DNA of 64,000 nt from positions 96,001 to 160,000 of IMG/VR virus record IMGVR_UViG_3300049988_000245. The stretch is one strand, 5' to 3'. The translations under genes were made by a program, and so were the position numbers. Below are positions 9,663 through 17,453 of the stretch, piece by piece (the stretch's first letter is position 1; every line of letters begins with the position of its first letter). The notes beneath the pieces are model-generated. The model ran no database searches and was not told the DNA's origin. It saw only the letters and a program-made list of their open reading frames with translations. This DNA is from a virus (Duplodnaviria > Caudoviricetes).

Positions 9663-9958
9663 AGCATGATCCTGAATAGGAGAGCGGCGTCCGGATCGGA
9701 GAAATACGCGACGCAGCGCTCGACCGTCGCCCATTTCTCCTCTTGCCCTTCATTGAGGTGCGTCGTCCAGCGCCGGATATGGACGCGGCCCACGTCACGC
9801 TCTCTGATGAATTCCCGAGGATAGCGAACCAGGGCGGCAGAGCCGGAGAGCGTCCGGATCATCCGCTGGAAATCCTGCTTGGTCAGCGGCACGAGCAATT
9901 CCACCGGGGTGTACCCGGCGTAGTACTCCGCGTTGTTCCATTTAATAAAGGTCGCCAT
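9659..9958 (-). CDS. divergent FKMRW-like protein
   Basis: Ends YFSDPDAALLFRIML. Confidence 0.55.
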   Translation of the reverse strand: MATFIKWNNAEYYAGYTPVELLVPLTKQDFQRMIRTLSGSAALVRYPREFIRERDVGRVHIRRWTTHLNEGQEEKWATVERCVAYFSDPDAALLFRIML

Positions 9959-9988
9959 ACCCGGAATATACCCGGATATGGCGAAAAA

Positions 9989-10261
9989 TCAATCCCTAAG
10001 AATCCGATCTACCTCATCCGTGACCTGCTCAGGGCGAAGCTGCTGGAGCGCGGCATTACCGCCCTCGACGAGAATCTTGCTACCCACGTAAAGCTGAGGC
10101 ACGGTCTTGTGACCACGATCCTTAATGAACGCCAGAGCTTCTGGATTCGTCGTCACATCGACGGTCTCGAAATAAATCTCGTTTCGGGTCAGATATTCCT
10201 TCGCCTGGACACAATGTGGGCAGTTCGGCTTCGAGTATAAAGTAATCACAATGAACCTCAA
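9989..10261 (-). CDS. glutaredoxin (NrdH-like)
   Basis: YSKPNCPHCVQAK and TVPQ motifs; near nrdB. Confidence 0.92.
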   Translation of the reverse strand: MRFIVITLYSKPNCPHCVQAKEYLTRNEIYFETVDVTTNPEALAFIKDRGHKTVPQLYVGSKILVEGGNAALQQLRPEQVTDEVDRILRD

Positions 10262-10289
10262 AAAATGAGGCTCTATAATATCTTAAAGT

Positions 10290-10321
10290 AAAAGCCGTCA
10301 GCAATATTGCTAACGGCTTTT
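10290..10321. terminator. near-perfect inverted repeat, terminator-like
   Basis: AAAAGCCGTCAGCAAT/ATTGCTAACGGCTTTT. Confidence 0.6.
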
Positions 10322-10324
10322 GGT

Positions 10325-10555
10325 TCAGAAGCTTATTTCGATTATTATCTTAGGAGTAACATCCTGTGTTTCCCGAACGCCTGGATCGAAGAAGATCGTC
10401 TTGGCGATGACCTCTCCGGACAAAGAGTCTTCGATCAGCGGTAGAACGAAGTACTCACCCAATTCGGGAGCATGGAAATTCTCGTATGGACCGTACTCGA
10501 ACCGCTTTTCCGATTCCACGTGGTTGACGTGGAAGTGATACTCGATCTTCTGCAT
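10325..10555 (-). CDS. hypothetical protein
   Basis: 76 aa ORF with AGGAA SD. Confidence 0.5.
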   Translation of the reverse strand: MQKIEYHFHVNHVESEKRFEYGPYENFHAPELGEYFVLPLIEDSLSGEVIAKTIFFDPGVRETQDVTPKIIIEISF

Positions 10556-10687
10556 TGTGATTCCTTATGTAGGAATTAGATCGGTATAACGGTCGATAAT
10601 GACCAGCCATCCAGCAACAAGAGCCAATAGAAGTACTATGATGGCAGCAAATGATTTGGTATGATTCTTACTTGACATTAGAATCCC

Positions 10688-10948
10688 TTAATAGCGCGGA
10701 CCATTGGTCGTGTTACCAAGCTGCTGCTGGTAGCCTTCCTGATGAGGGTTGCGCGAATTTGGATTCCCGTAATGATGGGTTTGCGTCCGGCGATGCTGGC
10801 GCTCCTCCTTCGTCGTGTCCGGACGCCCATAATGGTAATGATGGGGATGAGCGATTCCCGCACTGGACGGATGAGGATGATACGGGGAAGCCACGGCGAC
10901 GTTCGTCGCAGCAACAAGGGATAGAACGAGAGCAGACATAAACTTCAT
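10688..10948 (-). CDS. secreted His-rich small protein
   Basis: Sec signal MKFMSALVLSLVAATNVAVA followed by His/Arg/Gln-rich low-complexity region. Confidence 0.55.
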   Translation of the reverse strand: MKFMSALVLSLVAATNVAVASPYHPHPSSAGIAHPHHYHYGRPDTTKEERQHRRTQTHHYGNPNSRNPHQEGYQQQLGNTTNGPRY

Positions 10949-11134
10949 AACGTAGATAATCTCACTTCTAATAGAGTTTGGTTATTAACCCATATTAGAC
11001 TGAAATGTTTCTCAGTTGTATTATTATAAGTGCTTCAACTGTGCGTAATCACACAGTGCTCTCAATGACGATCGACGAATCTCGCTTATCCATCTCCACG
11101 TCAATGACGCGGAGATGGTATTCGATCTTCTATA

Positions 11135-12271
11135 TCAGAGCTTGAAATCCGAGAAAGTACCTGAATCCACGTCCTGCTTGGTCTGACCGATCGTGTATTG
11201 CGTGATCTCGGTCTCCTGCGGTGCCACCTGCACCTCAGCACCGGAAATCCACTTGGCCGTCCACGGGAGAGGATTAGCCTTCTGCGGGTAGATCGGCGAC
11301 AGGCCGACCGCGACCAGACGCTTGTTGGCGATCCATTCGACATAGTCGGACAGGAGCGCATAGTTGAGGCCGATCATGCTCCCGTCCTTGAACAGGTACT
11401 CGGCCCACTCCTTCTCCTGGGTGACCGCGTCGGAGAACAGCTTGGTGCATTCCTCCTTGGTCTCCTCGGCGATCTTGGCGAAGTCCGGATCGTCCTGTGG
11501 TAGAATCTTGATCAGCGTCTGGGTGGCGGCGAGGTGAAGATTCTCGTCGCGGCAGATCAGCTTGATGATCTTCGCGTTGCCTTCCATCCGCTTAACCTCG
11601 GCATACGCCCAGGAGCAGGCAAAGCTCACGTAGAACCGAACACCCTCAAGGATGTTCACGCTCATGATGGCCATCCACAGAGCCTTCTTAAGCTCGTATA
11701 GGTCCACCTTGACGGATTCGCCGTTGATCGTGTGCGTACCCTCGCCGAAGAGGTTGTACAGCCCCTCCAGGCGAATCAGGTTGTCATAGTGCTCGGAGAT
11801 GTCCTTGGCGCAATCGACGATCTCGCCGATGTCCATCATCTCATCGAACACCTGGGATGGATTCGGGTAGACGTTCCTGATGATGTGGGTGTACGACCGG
11901 CTGTGAATCGTCTCCGAGAACGCCCACGTGGTGATGAACGCCTCTAGCTCGGGGAGCGAGACGATCGGCAGGAACGCGATGTTGGGGGACCGACCCTGAA
12001 CGGAGTCCAGTAGAATCTGACGCTTCAGATTCGACGTGAAGATGTGCCGTTCGTGATCAGTGAGTTCCTTGAAGTCTTTTGCGTCCTTCATCACGTCAAC
12101 CTCCTGAGGTTGCCAGAAGAACGATAGTTGCTTCTCGGTTAGTTTGTCGAACTGACGATACTTCATCGTATCGAATCGCTGAACGGAGACGCCTCCATTG
12201 GGGTCCAAGAACGCAAGCGCCTGAGTATGGTCTTTACGAGAATTTGCATCAAATACGGACATAAGTAACAC
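11135..12271 (-). CDS. nrdB: ribonucleotide reductase class Ia beta subunit
   Basis: FFWQPQEVD, DSVQGR, ETIHSRSY, DENLH, PQETE motifs. Confidence 0.97.
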   Translation of the reverse strand: MLLMSVFDANSRKDHTQALAFLDPNGGVSVQRFDTMKYRQFDKLTEKQLSFFWQPQEVDVMKDAKDFKELTDHERHIFTSNLKRQILLDSVQGRSPNIAFLPIVSLPELEAFITTWAFSETIHSRSYTHIIRNVYPNPSQVFDEMMDIGEIVDCAKDISEHYDNLIRLEGLYNLFGEGTHTINGESVKVDLYELKKALWMAIMSVNILEGVRFYVSFACSWAYAEVKRMEGNAKIIKLICRDENLHLAATQTLIKILPQDDPDFAKIAEETKEECTKLFSDAVTQEKEWAEYLFKDGSMIGLNYALLSDYVEWIANKRLVAVGLSPIYPQKANPLPWTAKWISGAEVQVAPQETEITQYTIGQTKQDVDSGTFSDFKL

Positions 12272-12851
12272 TCCAATCTTTGCAGTTGCCGCGTTTGGCG
12301 GGATAATCTTGTTTCTTCGTCAAGCGATCTCGAAAGGCTTGATAAACTTTCGGCCACGCTACCTTAAATCTATGCTCGTTTTCTTGGCACCAAGATTTTA
12401 GGCAGTCGGACGCGAAAATCTCGCCCTCCGGTGACCGAATTTCAGAAGCTTTGCTGTTTGGATTGCTGCTTCCAGTCCGAGACACCCCATACATGCCATT
12501 GGCCTCGCCGTAGTGAGGACGGTGATTGGGATGAGTCTTCCCGTACATGCCATTCCGACACCCTGACACATCCCGTCCGTTGTTCCCTCCATATGCGCTG
12601 GGGCTTATGTTGTAGAAATCCGGACTTTTGGCTGCATCATAGGAATCAAGGTAGTGCTGCTCGCGCTCCTGAATTCGAGAATCATCAACGTATTCAAGAA
12701 TGATTCGTTCAAATGAATCTCTACCATATTTTATGTAGGCTCGGCGGAAGTGCTTACCTGATCCGACGTACGAGCTAGAATCTAAGCCAGAATGTCGGCC
12801 AATATACTTCTTACCGTCAAGCTTATTAGTCCAAAGATATATGAATCCCAT
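12249..12851 (-). CDS. GIY-YIG homing endonuclease with NUMOD3-like repeats
   Basis: GFIYLWTNKLDGKKYIGRH; NGMYGK/NGMYG repeats; AT-rich; overlaps nrdB 5' end. Confidence 0.9.
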   Translation of the reverse strand: MGFIYLWTNKLDGKKYIGRHSGLDSSSYVGSGKHFRRAYIKYGRDSFERIILEYVDDSRIQEREQHYLDSYDAAKSPDFYNISPSAYGGNNGRDVSGCRNGMYGKTHPNHRPHYGEANGMYGVSRTGSSNPNSKASEIRSPEGEIFASDCLKSWCQENEHRFKVAWPKVYQAFRDRLTKKQDYPAKRGNCKDWSVTYVRI

Positions 12852-12904
12852 GAACGGATGATACCAAAGGGTATCACCCGTTCTCAACTTCGAAATGTCG
12901 AGAC

Positions 12905-13129
12905 TTAGAGGGTCTCGAACTCGAAGCGATTCTTGATCGACTCGTTGAGGAACTTGGTCTTGCTGTCCGCCGACTCGAAGTTGCTTGCCGTCGAAGCATC
13001 GACGTTGTTGTACCGGTAGGTCTTGCCGCCGATGAAGGCGACTTCGAGCGTCTGCGCGGACGAATCGTAGGCGATGCGGTCGATGTTACCGCTGTTGAAA
13101 TCCGTGCCATTGGTCTTGGTGAAGGACAT
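12905..13129 (-). CDS. KTSC domain protein
   Basis: SGNIDRIAYD..TLEVAF..G..YRY.NV..F..ADSK..F.N..IK.RF. Confidence 0.9.
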   Translation of the reverse strand: MSFTKTNGTDFNSGNIDRIAYDSSAQTLEVAFIGGKTYRYNNVDASTASNFESADSKTKFLNESIKNRFEFETL

Positions 13130-13244
13130 CTGAATCTCTCTCGTATAAGGATTCGACGAACAAATTTGGTTCGACGAAAATACCAATTGCATGGTTAACG
13201 GGTGTTTGGCAAGGTGGACGTACGAAAATCAGAAAGGTTCTAAT

Positions 13245-14096
13245 ATGCCGTTTAACCGTCGCGGGATTCTCGCTGGCCTCCTGGGAACGCCCCTGGGGAT
13301 CACCGCACTGAAGGCGATGCCGCTTCCGGCAGAGACCCAGAAGGCCATCGCGTTCACCCCCGAGGTGCAGAAGGCGGTCGAGAACATTCCCCCGCTCCCG
13401 ACCCCGAAACGCAATCTGCATCCGTTATTCGGATTCCAGACGATCGATGCCGAGCTTGGGTTCGCCTATACCCTGCGCAGCCGATACTCAGATGCGGTGA
13501 CCCTTGCGAATCCTGAGCCGCGCATCTCGATCCAGATTAACAAGGTGGTTGCTGGGGGTACATATTACCCGACGATGGACGCGGCCGAGGACGCGATCTT
13601 CAGTAAGTTCGCCATCACCCATCGCGAGGTGAGAAGCCCAGACAACCCCGAGCATACCAAGTTTCACCTCGTGCGGGCGGCGAACCGGATCGCCCAGACG
13701 ACCCGGCGCGGCATGGGTAACGTCATTCTCGTCCATCGGGATGACCTGCATCTACTCGATACCCCGTGGGTGGCCAACGTGATCCCCGAGCGAATCGGGC
13801 GGTGGTCGAACGTCGGGTTCACCCACAACCGAGTCTCCCAGGTCTGGGTCACCGACCGCCGTGTTCCTGCGATCCCGCACGGGAACGCGCTTGTGGGTTA
13901 TCGCGGATCGGAGTTAGACGCCCCTGCCGTTCTCACGTATCATCCGGGCTTTGGATACAGCTACGCGATGAACGAGAAGCCGGAAACCTACATGCACGTA
14001 GTCGGACTGACTGTGAAAGCCCGAGCGCCCCATACGGACGAGGCTATATGGGCGGAAGAGAAGCGGGGTGCCGTACGCCCCGTTCGCGCCGCATGA
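13245..14096 (+). CDS. Tat-leader protein made of T4-type major capsid protein segments
   Basis: N-terminal NRRGILAGLLG; GFQ...LG..YTLRSRY, RISIQINK, RAANRIAQTTRRGMGN, LVGYRGSELDA match gp23-family motifs. Confidence 0.75.
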   Translation: MPFNRRGILAGLLGTPLGITALKAMPLPAETQKAIAFTPEVQKAVENIPPLPTPKRNLHPLFGFQTIDAELGFAYTLRSRYSDAVTLANPEPRISIQINKVVAGGTYYPTMDAAEDAIFSKFAITHREVRSPDNPEHTKFHLVRAANRIAQTTRRGMGNVILVHRDDLHLLDTPWVANVIPERIGRWSNVGFTHNRVSQVWVTDRRVPAIPHGNALVGYRGSELDAPAVLTYHPGFGYSYAMNEKPETYMHVVGLTVKARAPHTDEAIWAEEKRGAVRPVRAA

Positions 14097-14287
14097 AGCG
14101 GCCTTCCTTAGAGAAGATCGCCCAGGCCCTTCCTCGCTCGCGTATCATGGCAGGCGAGTACACCTACCCGTACGCCGAGGGTGGGCCTCAGCGGCGGGTC
14201 TTCTACGCAGATGTGGGCACGCTTCCCCCGGAGGCGGCCAACCGATTCATCAAATCGCTCATGGAGAAGTACGATGGAACGTCGTAG
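14093..14287 (+). CDS. 64-aa portal (gp20) fragment-like protein
   Basis: GPQRRVFYADVGTLPPEAANRFIKSLMEKY resembles gp20 APERRIFYIDVGNLP..KA..Y...VM..Y; ATGA coupling to upstream gene. Confidence 0.65.
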   Translation: MKRPSLEKIAQALPRSRIMAGEYTYPYAEGGPQRRVFYADVGTLPPEAANRFIKSLMEKYDGTS

Positions 14288-14810
14288 CCTTCTCGCGGCC
14301 GGTGCTGCCGCGATCACCGGTCTGTTCGGCGCCAAGTCGGCTCAGGCGGCGCCCTCGGGCGCTCTCACTCTGGACGAAGCCACGCGGATCGTCGTCGGCA
14401 ACGTTCGTAATCCGCCTGCCCCGGAGGAGATTCAGCGTCTCATCGCGGGGATCAATATGCAGGTAATGAACCGGCTTACCCAAGCTGGCATCGTTGACCC
14501 GCAATACGTAATGACGAGCGCCGTGGTTCGCTTCCGGGGGCAGGTGGTCGAGGCCAAGACACGTAGGCTCTCTTCGCGTTACACGTTCGGAGAGAATGTC
14601 CCGCCGATCGTGCAGGCCGAGGTCGAAGCCACGTTGGTCGAGAGCATCGTGCAGGAGATCACCGCAGAGTTGGTCCGGCCCGAGAACAAGGGTATCCAGT
14701 ATTGTCCATACGAGTTGGTCACCAGTTCCGGGGTCATCCTCGATCCGGAAACGCTCAACCCCACGATATTCTTTCTGACCCGTTTTGGGACCTTCGTGAA
14801 AGCCGCATAG
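14274..14810 (+). CDS. Tat-leader protein made of major capsid protein segments
   Basis: MERRSLLAAG..AQA leader; VEAKTRRLSSRYTF, QEITAE, YCPY..SSGVILDPETLNP..F.TRFG. Confidence 0.78.
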   Translation: MERRSLLAAGAAAITGLFGAKSAQAAPSGALTLDEATRIVVGNVRNPPAPEEIQRLIAGINMQVMNRLTQAGIVDPQYVMTSAVVRFRGQVVEAKTRRLSSRYTFGENVPPIVQAEVEATLVESIVQEITAELVRPENKGIQYCPYELVTSSGVILDPETLNPTIFFLTRFGTFVKAA

Positions 14811-15250
14811 AGTCCTGGCATCCGACCACACATGAGGAAGCGTTGGGCGTTCTCTTGAAGAATGCCCAACGCGACAAGCCGCGTTCGCGCATCGAACAGG
14901 TCGTTGAATGTATCAACCGGCGTGTTTTCGAAAATGTTCGGGAGATCATCAACCCACGTCTGGTCATGGTCGAGCGCGTCATGATGCTCGATTGGGCCGT
15001 CGAGGCTCGGACTCGGAATCTTCGGACACACATGGACTGCGCCGATTTTCGCCAGAGCGGCTACGTCCCCGAGATGATCGAGGCGGCCATTGACGGTATC
15101 ACGGGTGAAATTCTGGAGATGCAGGCCGGGACGAGTTTATCGTACTGTCCCTACGCGCTGGTGACCGGGCACGAGCAAATTGTCGATCCGACCACCTCTG
15201 GTGAATACGTCTATTTCCGTACCTGTTACGGATTGTACGAGCTACCTTAG
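14807..15250 (+). CDS. third major capsid protein fragment paralog (start uncertain)
   Basis: VEARTRNL, ITGEI, YCPY..DPTT..YFRTCYG; start could be ATA at 14807 or TTG at 14843. Confidence 0.65.
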   Translation: MESWHPTTHEEALGVLLKNAQRDKPRSRIEQVVECINRRVFENVREIINPRLVMVERVMMLDWAVEARTRNLRTHMDCADFRQSGYVPEMIEAAIDGITGEILEMQAGTSLSYCPYALVTGHEQIVDPTTSGEYVYFRTCYGLYELP

Positions 15251-15507
15251 CTGTTGAGCGCGCGCAGCAGGCTGTCGAAGCCGTGGCCTCGTGCGCGCCC
15301 CTTCAGGAAGCGCCACTTGCCCGTGCTGGGCCAGTAATCGACAGACTCGATAATGCGAAGGTGAGGCCCGTGGGGGCTCAACTCGCGAACCATGAAGCCC
15401 AAATGCTCCAGCTTCGCGATCTGCTCTGGCGCCTTGTCTGCGCGCTCCTGGCGCTGTTCCTTACGGTGCGCACGCAGGTCGTTGAAGATGTCTCCCATGT
15501 CGCCCAT
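15247..15507 (-). CDS. hypothetical protein
   Basis: 86 aa ORF, DYWPSTGKW motif. Confidence 0.6.
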   Translation of the reverse strand: MGDMGDIFNDLRAHRKEQRQERADKAPEQIAKLEHLGFMVRELSPHGPHLRIIESVDYWPSTGKWRFLKGRARGHGFDSLLRALNS

Positions 15508-15510
15508 GAT

Positions 15511-15960
15511 TCAGCCCTCGATCTCGCCAACCTCGTAGTGATTCCCCACCTTACCACCATATTTGATTCGGAAGTGAAATGCATCGTTCGGATTCCCGAA
15601 AAAGAACACGTTGGTTAACGGGAGAACCTTGCCGTACTCGATTGGCATCTGGGATCGGAACAGGCTCACCCGCATGTGCCAGAGCGAAGATACGTTCTCG
15701 ATGATCCACTCGTGCATCTCGCGATCGTACGGATGCGCGTACAGCGTCACCATATGGGGGAACGTTTCTTCCACCCAGGCCCAATACTGCTTGTTATTGG
15801 ACGTGTTGAGTTCGTCCTTGGCGTGAACCCGTTTTGTTTCCGGGTCCATCACCGCCAGCGGATGGATATGGCCCTGGATGATGTAGAGACGGCGCAATAA
15901 CTTACGTCGTAAAATTCTTGTTATTCGAAATAATCTTGCTAGTAGCACGTTTACCCCCAT
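15511..15960 (-). CDS. FKMRW-family protein (extended)
   Basis: FPH..EWIIENV..FFFGNPNDAFHFRIKYG. Confidence 0.65.
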   Translation of the reverse strand: MGVNVLLARLFRITRILRRKLLRRLYIIQGHIHPLAVMDPETKRVHAKDELNTSNNKQYWAWVEETFPHMVTLYAHPYDREMHEWIIENVSSLWHMRVSLFRSQMPIEYGKVLPLTNVFFFGNPNDAFHFRIKYGGKVGNHYEVGEIEG

Positions 15961-16160
15961 GACATTTTGAATTCCAGGGCTGTCGTATCGTTTTTGATCA
16001 AGACATTTCCACAAAGTGTAAGTTCCCAATCAAGAAATTCTATTCCTACGTGCTCTTTCAACCACGAGCGAATATTATATCGATCAATCTCAGATTCTGA
16101 AGTGAACATGTGTGGTAAGTCAACGTTGTGATTTGCAATTTTGTGATATCGAAACCTCAT
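15951..16160 (-). CDS. FKMRW-family small protein
   Basis: MRFRYH..WLKEHVG..IKNDTTALEFKMSWG; ATGA overlap. Confidence 0.75.
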   Translation of the reverse strand: MRFRYHKIANHNVDLPHMFTSESEIDRYNIRSWLKEHVGIEFLDWELTLCGNVLIKNDTTALEFKMSWG

Positions 16161-16414
16161 CCCCACCTCACGCGAAACGCCGTGGCATCGACATCTGTCG
16201 AGATGTCGATGGTCGTCATGTCGGCGCGCCAGCGGGGTACGACCGGCTTCACCCCGTAGGCGTAGTCGGGCGGGCCGAACTGCTCGCGGCACCAATGGAT
16301 CGCCTCGATCATGTTGGCGTTCGTGGTGAAATAGGTTGGGGAAACAATCATCTCGAAACCGAACGGGTATTTGGTTCCCTTCAGCCGATAAAGCGGTTTG
16401 AACTTGATCTCCAT
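16157..16414 (-). CDS. FKMRW-family small protein
   Basis: YPFGF..WCREQFG..DVDATAFRVRWG. Confidence 0.8.
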   Translation of the reverse strand: MEIKFKPLYRLKGTKYPFGFEMIVSPTYFTTNANMIEAIHWCREQFGPPDYAYGVKPVVPRWRADMTTIDISTDVDATAFRVRWG

Positions 16415-16662
16415 CAGCACCACCGCATTTTGAAGGCGAGCGCATCGGGCTCATTTTGGAATACAATATGGAATCCGTTGCACCGGAACGCTTCGCTTTG
16501 GTATCCGATTTGATCCATGCACCAGCGTAAGGCGAGGTCGCGCGTCTCGTAGTAGCTATCTCCGTCGAAGACATGCTGTTTTAGAGAGAACTGATACGGG
16601 TAGGTTAGTTTCCGCCCTTTCCGGTCCTCGAATACAGTCGGCTCTTGAAACCAGTCCACCAT
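16414..16662 (-). CDS. FKMRW-family small protein
   Basis: YPYQF..WCMDQIG..FQNEPDALAFKMRWC. Confidence 0.8.
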   Translation of the reverse strand: MVDWFQEPTVFEDRKGRKLTYPYQFSLKQHVFDGDSYYETRDLALRWCMDQIGYQSEAFRCNGFHIVFQNEPDALAFKMRWC

Positions 16663-16928
16663 CAGCAGTACCTCAACTTGAATTCGAGCGCCTGTGGGAG
16701 GTCTCGCATATAAATGGTTCCACGGTGTCCGACGCGCCAATCCTTTCCGTGCGGGCCGACGTTCTCGACCAGCCATTCGGCGATGAAATCGGGTGTGTAA
16801 TCGGCACCGGCCCCAATATCAGGATTGGTGGTTTCAACGCAGCCCGTTCCGAACACCAGCCGATGATGGCGTGGTTGGAACATGTGCTCGTTCGCGTTCA
16901 CCACGTGATGGTATGAGATTCTGGTCAT
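16662..16928 (-). CDS. FKMRW-family small protein
   Basis: WLVENVG..RDLPQALEFKLRYC. Confidence 0.75.
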   Translation of the reverse strand: MTRISYHHVVNANEHMFQPRHHRLVFGTGCVETTNPDIGAGADYTPDFIAEWLVENVGPHGKDWRVGHRGTIYMRDLPQALEFKLRYC

Positions 16929-16958
16929 TTTACGAATATGACCGGAATTGTTAGTTTG

Positions 16959-17405
16959 TCAATTCCCGTAGTACCAGAACAGGAACGAGCGCTTACCATC
17001 CTCGCCCTTGTCGATCTGGAAGCCGAAATCGTTGTCGATCATCTCCTGAAGCATCGCTCCAAGAGCAGGTACGCCCGCGATTTTACAGAGGTCAATGAAA
17101 TCCTTGTCCGATTCGTATCCACCGAAGTTGTGACCCCGCATGGCTGTGGAGAAGGGTTCTTCGATGCCATCCGGTAGAGGAATCTTGTAGTACTCCATTT
17201 GCGTGATCGTACGATCTTCCATCATGATCGCCTCAAGGTTCTCCAGGGTGATCAGTTGGGCGAACTCCTCCAAAATGATACGGGATTCGACCGCTGCCAG
17301 GGCCTGCTTCTCTTTGGCTGCGCGGATAAGTCGATCGCGCTCCTCAAATTTGTTATGGGCGATCATGCTGGCGTAGGCCGAGCCGAGTTGCTTCAATTTG
17401 CTCAT
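16959..17405 (-). CDS. hypothetical protein
   Basis: 148 aa ORF between nrdA terminator and FKMRW array. Confidence 0.6.
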   Translation of the reverse strand: MSKLKQLGSAYASMIAHNKFEERDRLIRAAKEKQALAAVESRIILEEFAQLITLENLEAIMMEDRTITQMEYYKIPLPDGIEEPFSTAMRGHNFGGYESDKDFIDLCKIAGVPALGAMLQEMIDNDFGFQIDKGEDGKRSFLFWYYGN

Positions 17406-17416
17406 CTCAAATGCTC

Positions 17417-17446
17417 ATAAAAGAGGAGCGGGGTTTCCCCCGCTCC
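17417..17446 (-). terminator. intrinsic terminator after nrdA
   Basis: GGAGCGGGG-loop-CCCCGCTCC followed by TCTTTT on minus strand. Confidence 0.7.
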
Positions 17447-17453
17447 GGTCCAT

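Noticed and set aside
11135-12851. Group I intron in nrdB carrying the GIY-YIG gene
   Set aside because: The nrdB reading frame is complete and uninterrupted; the endonuclease is free-standing upstream.
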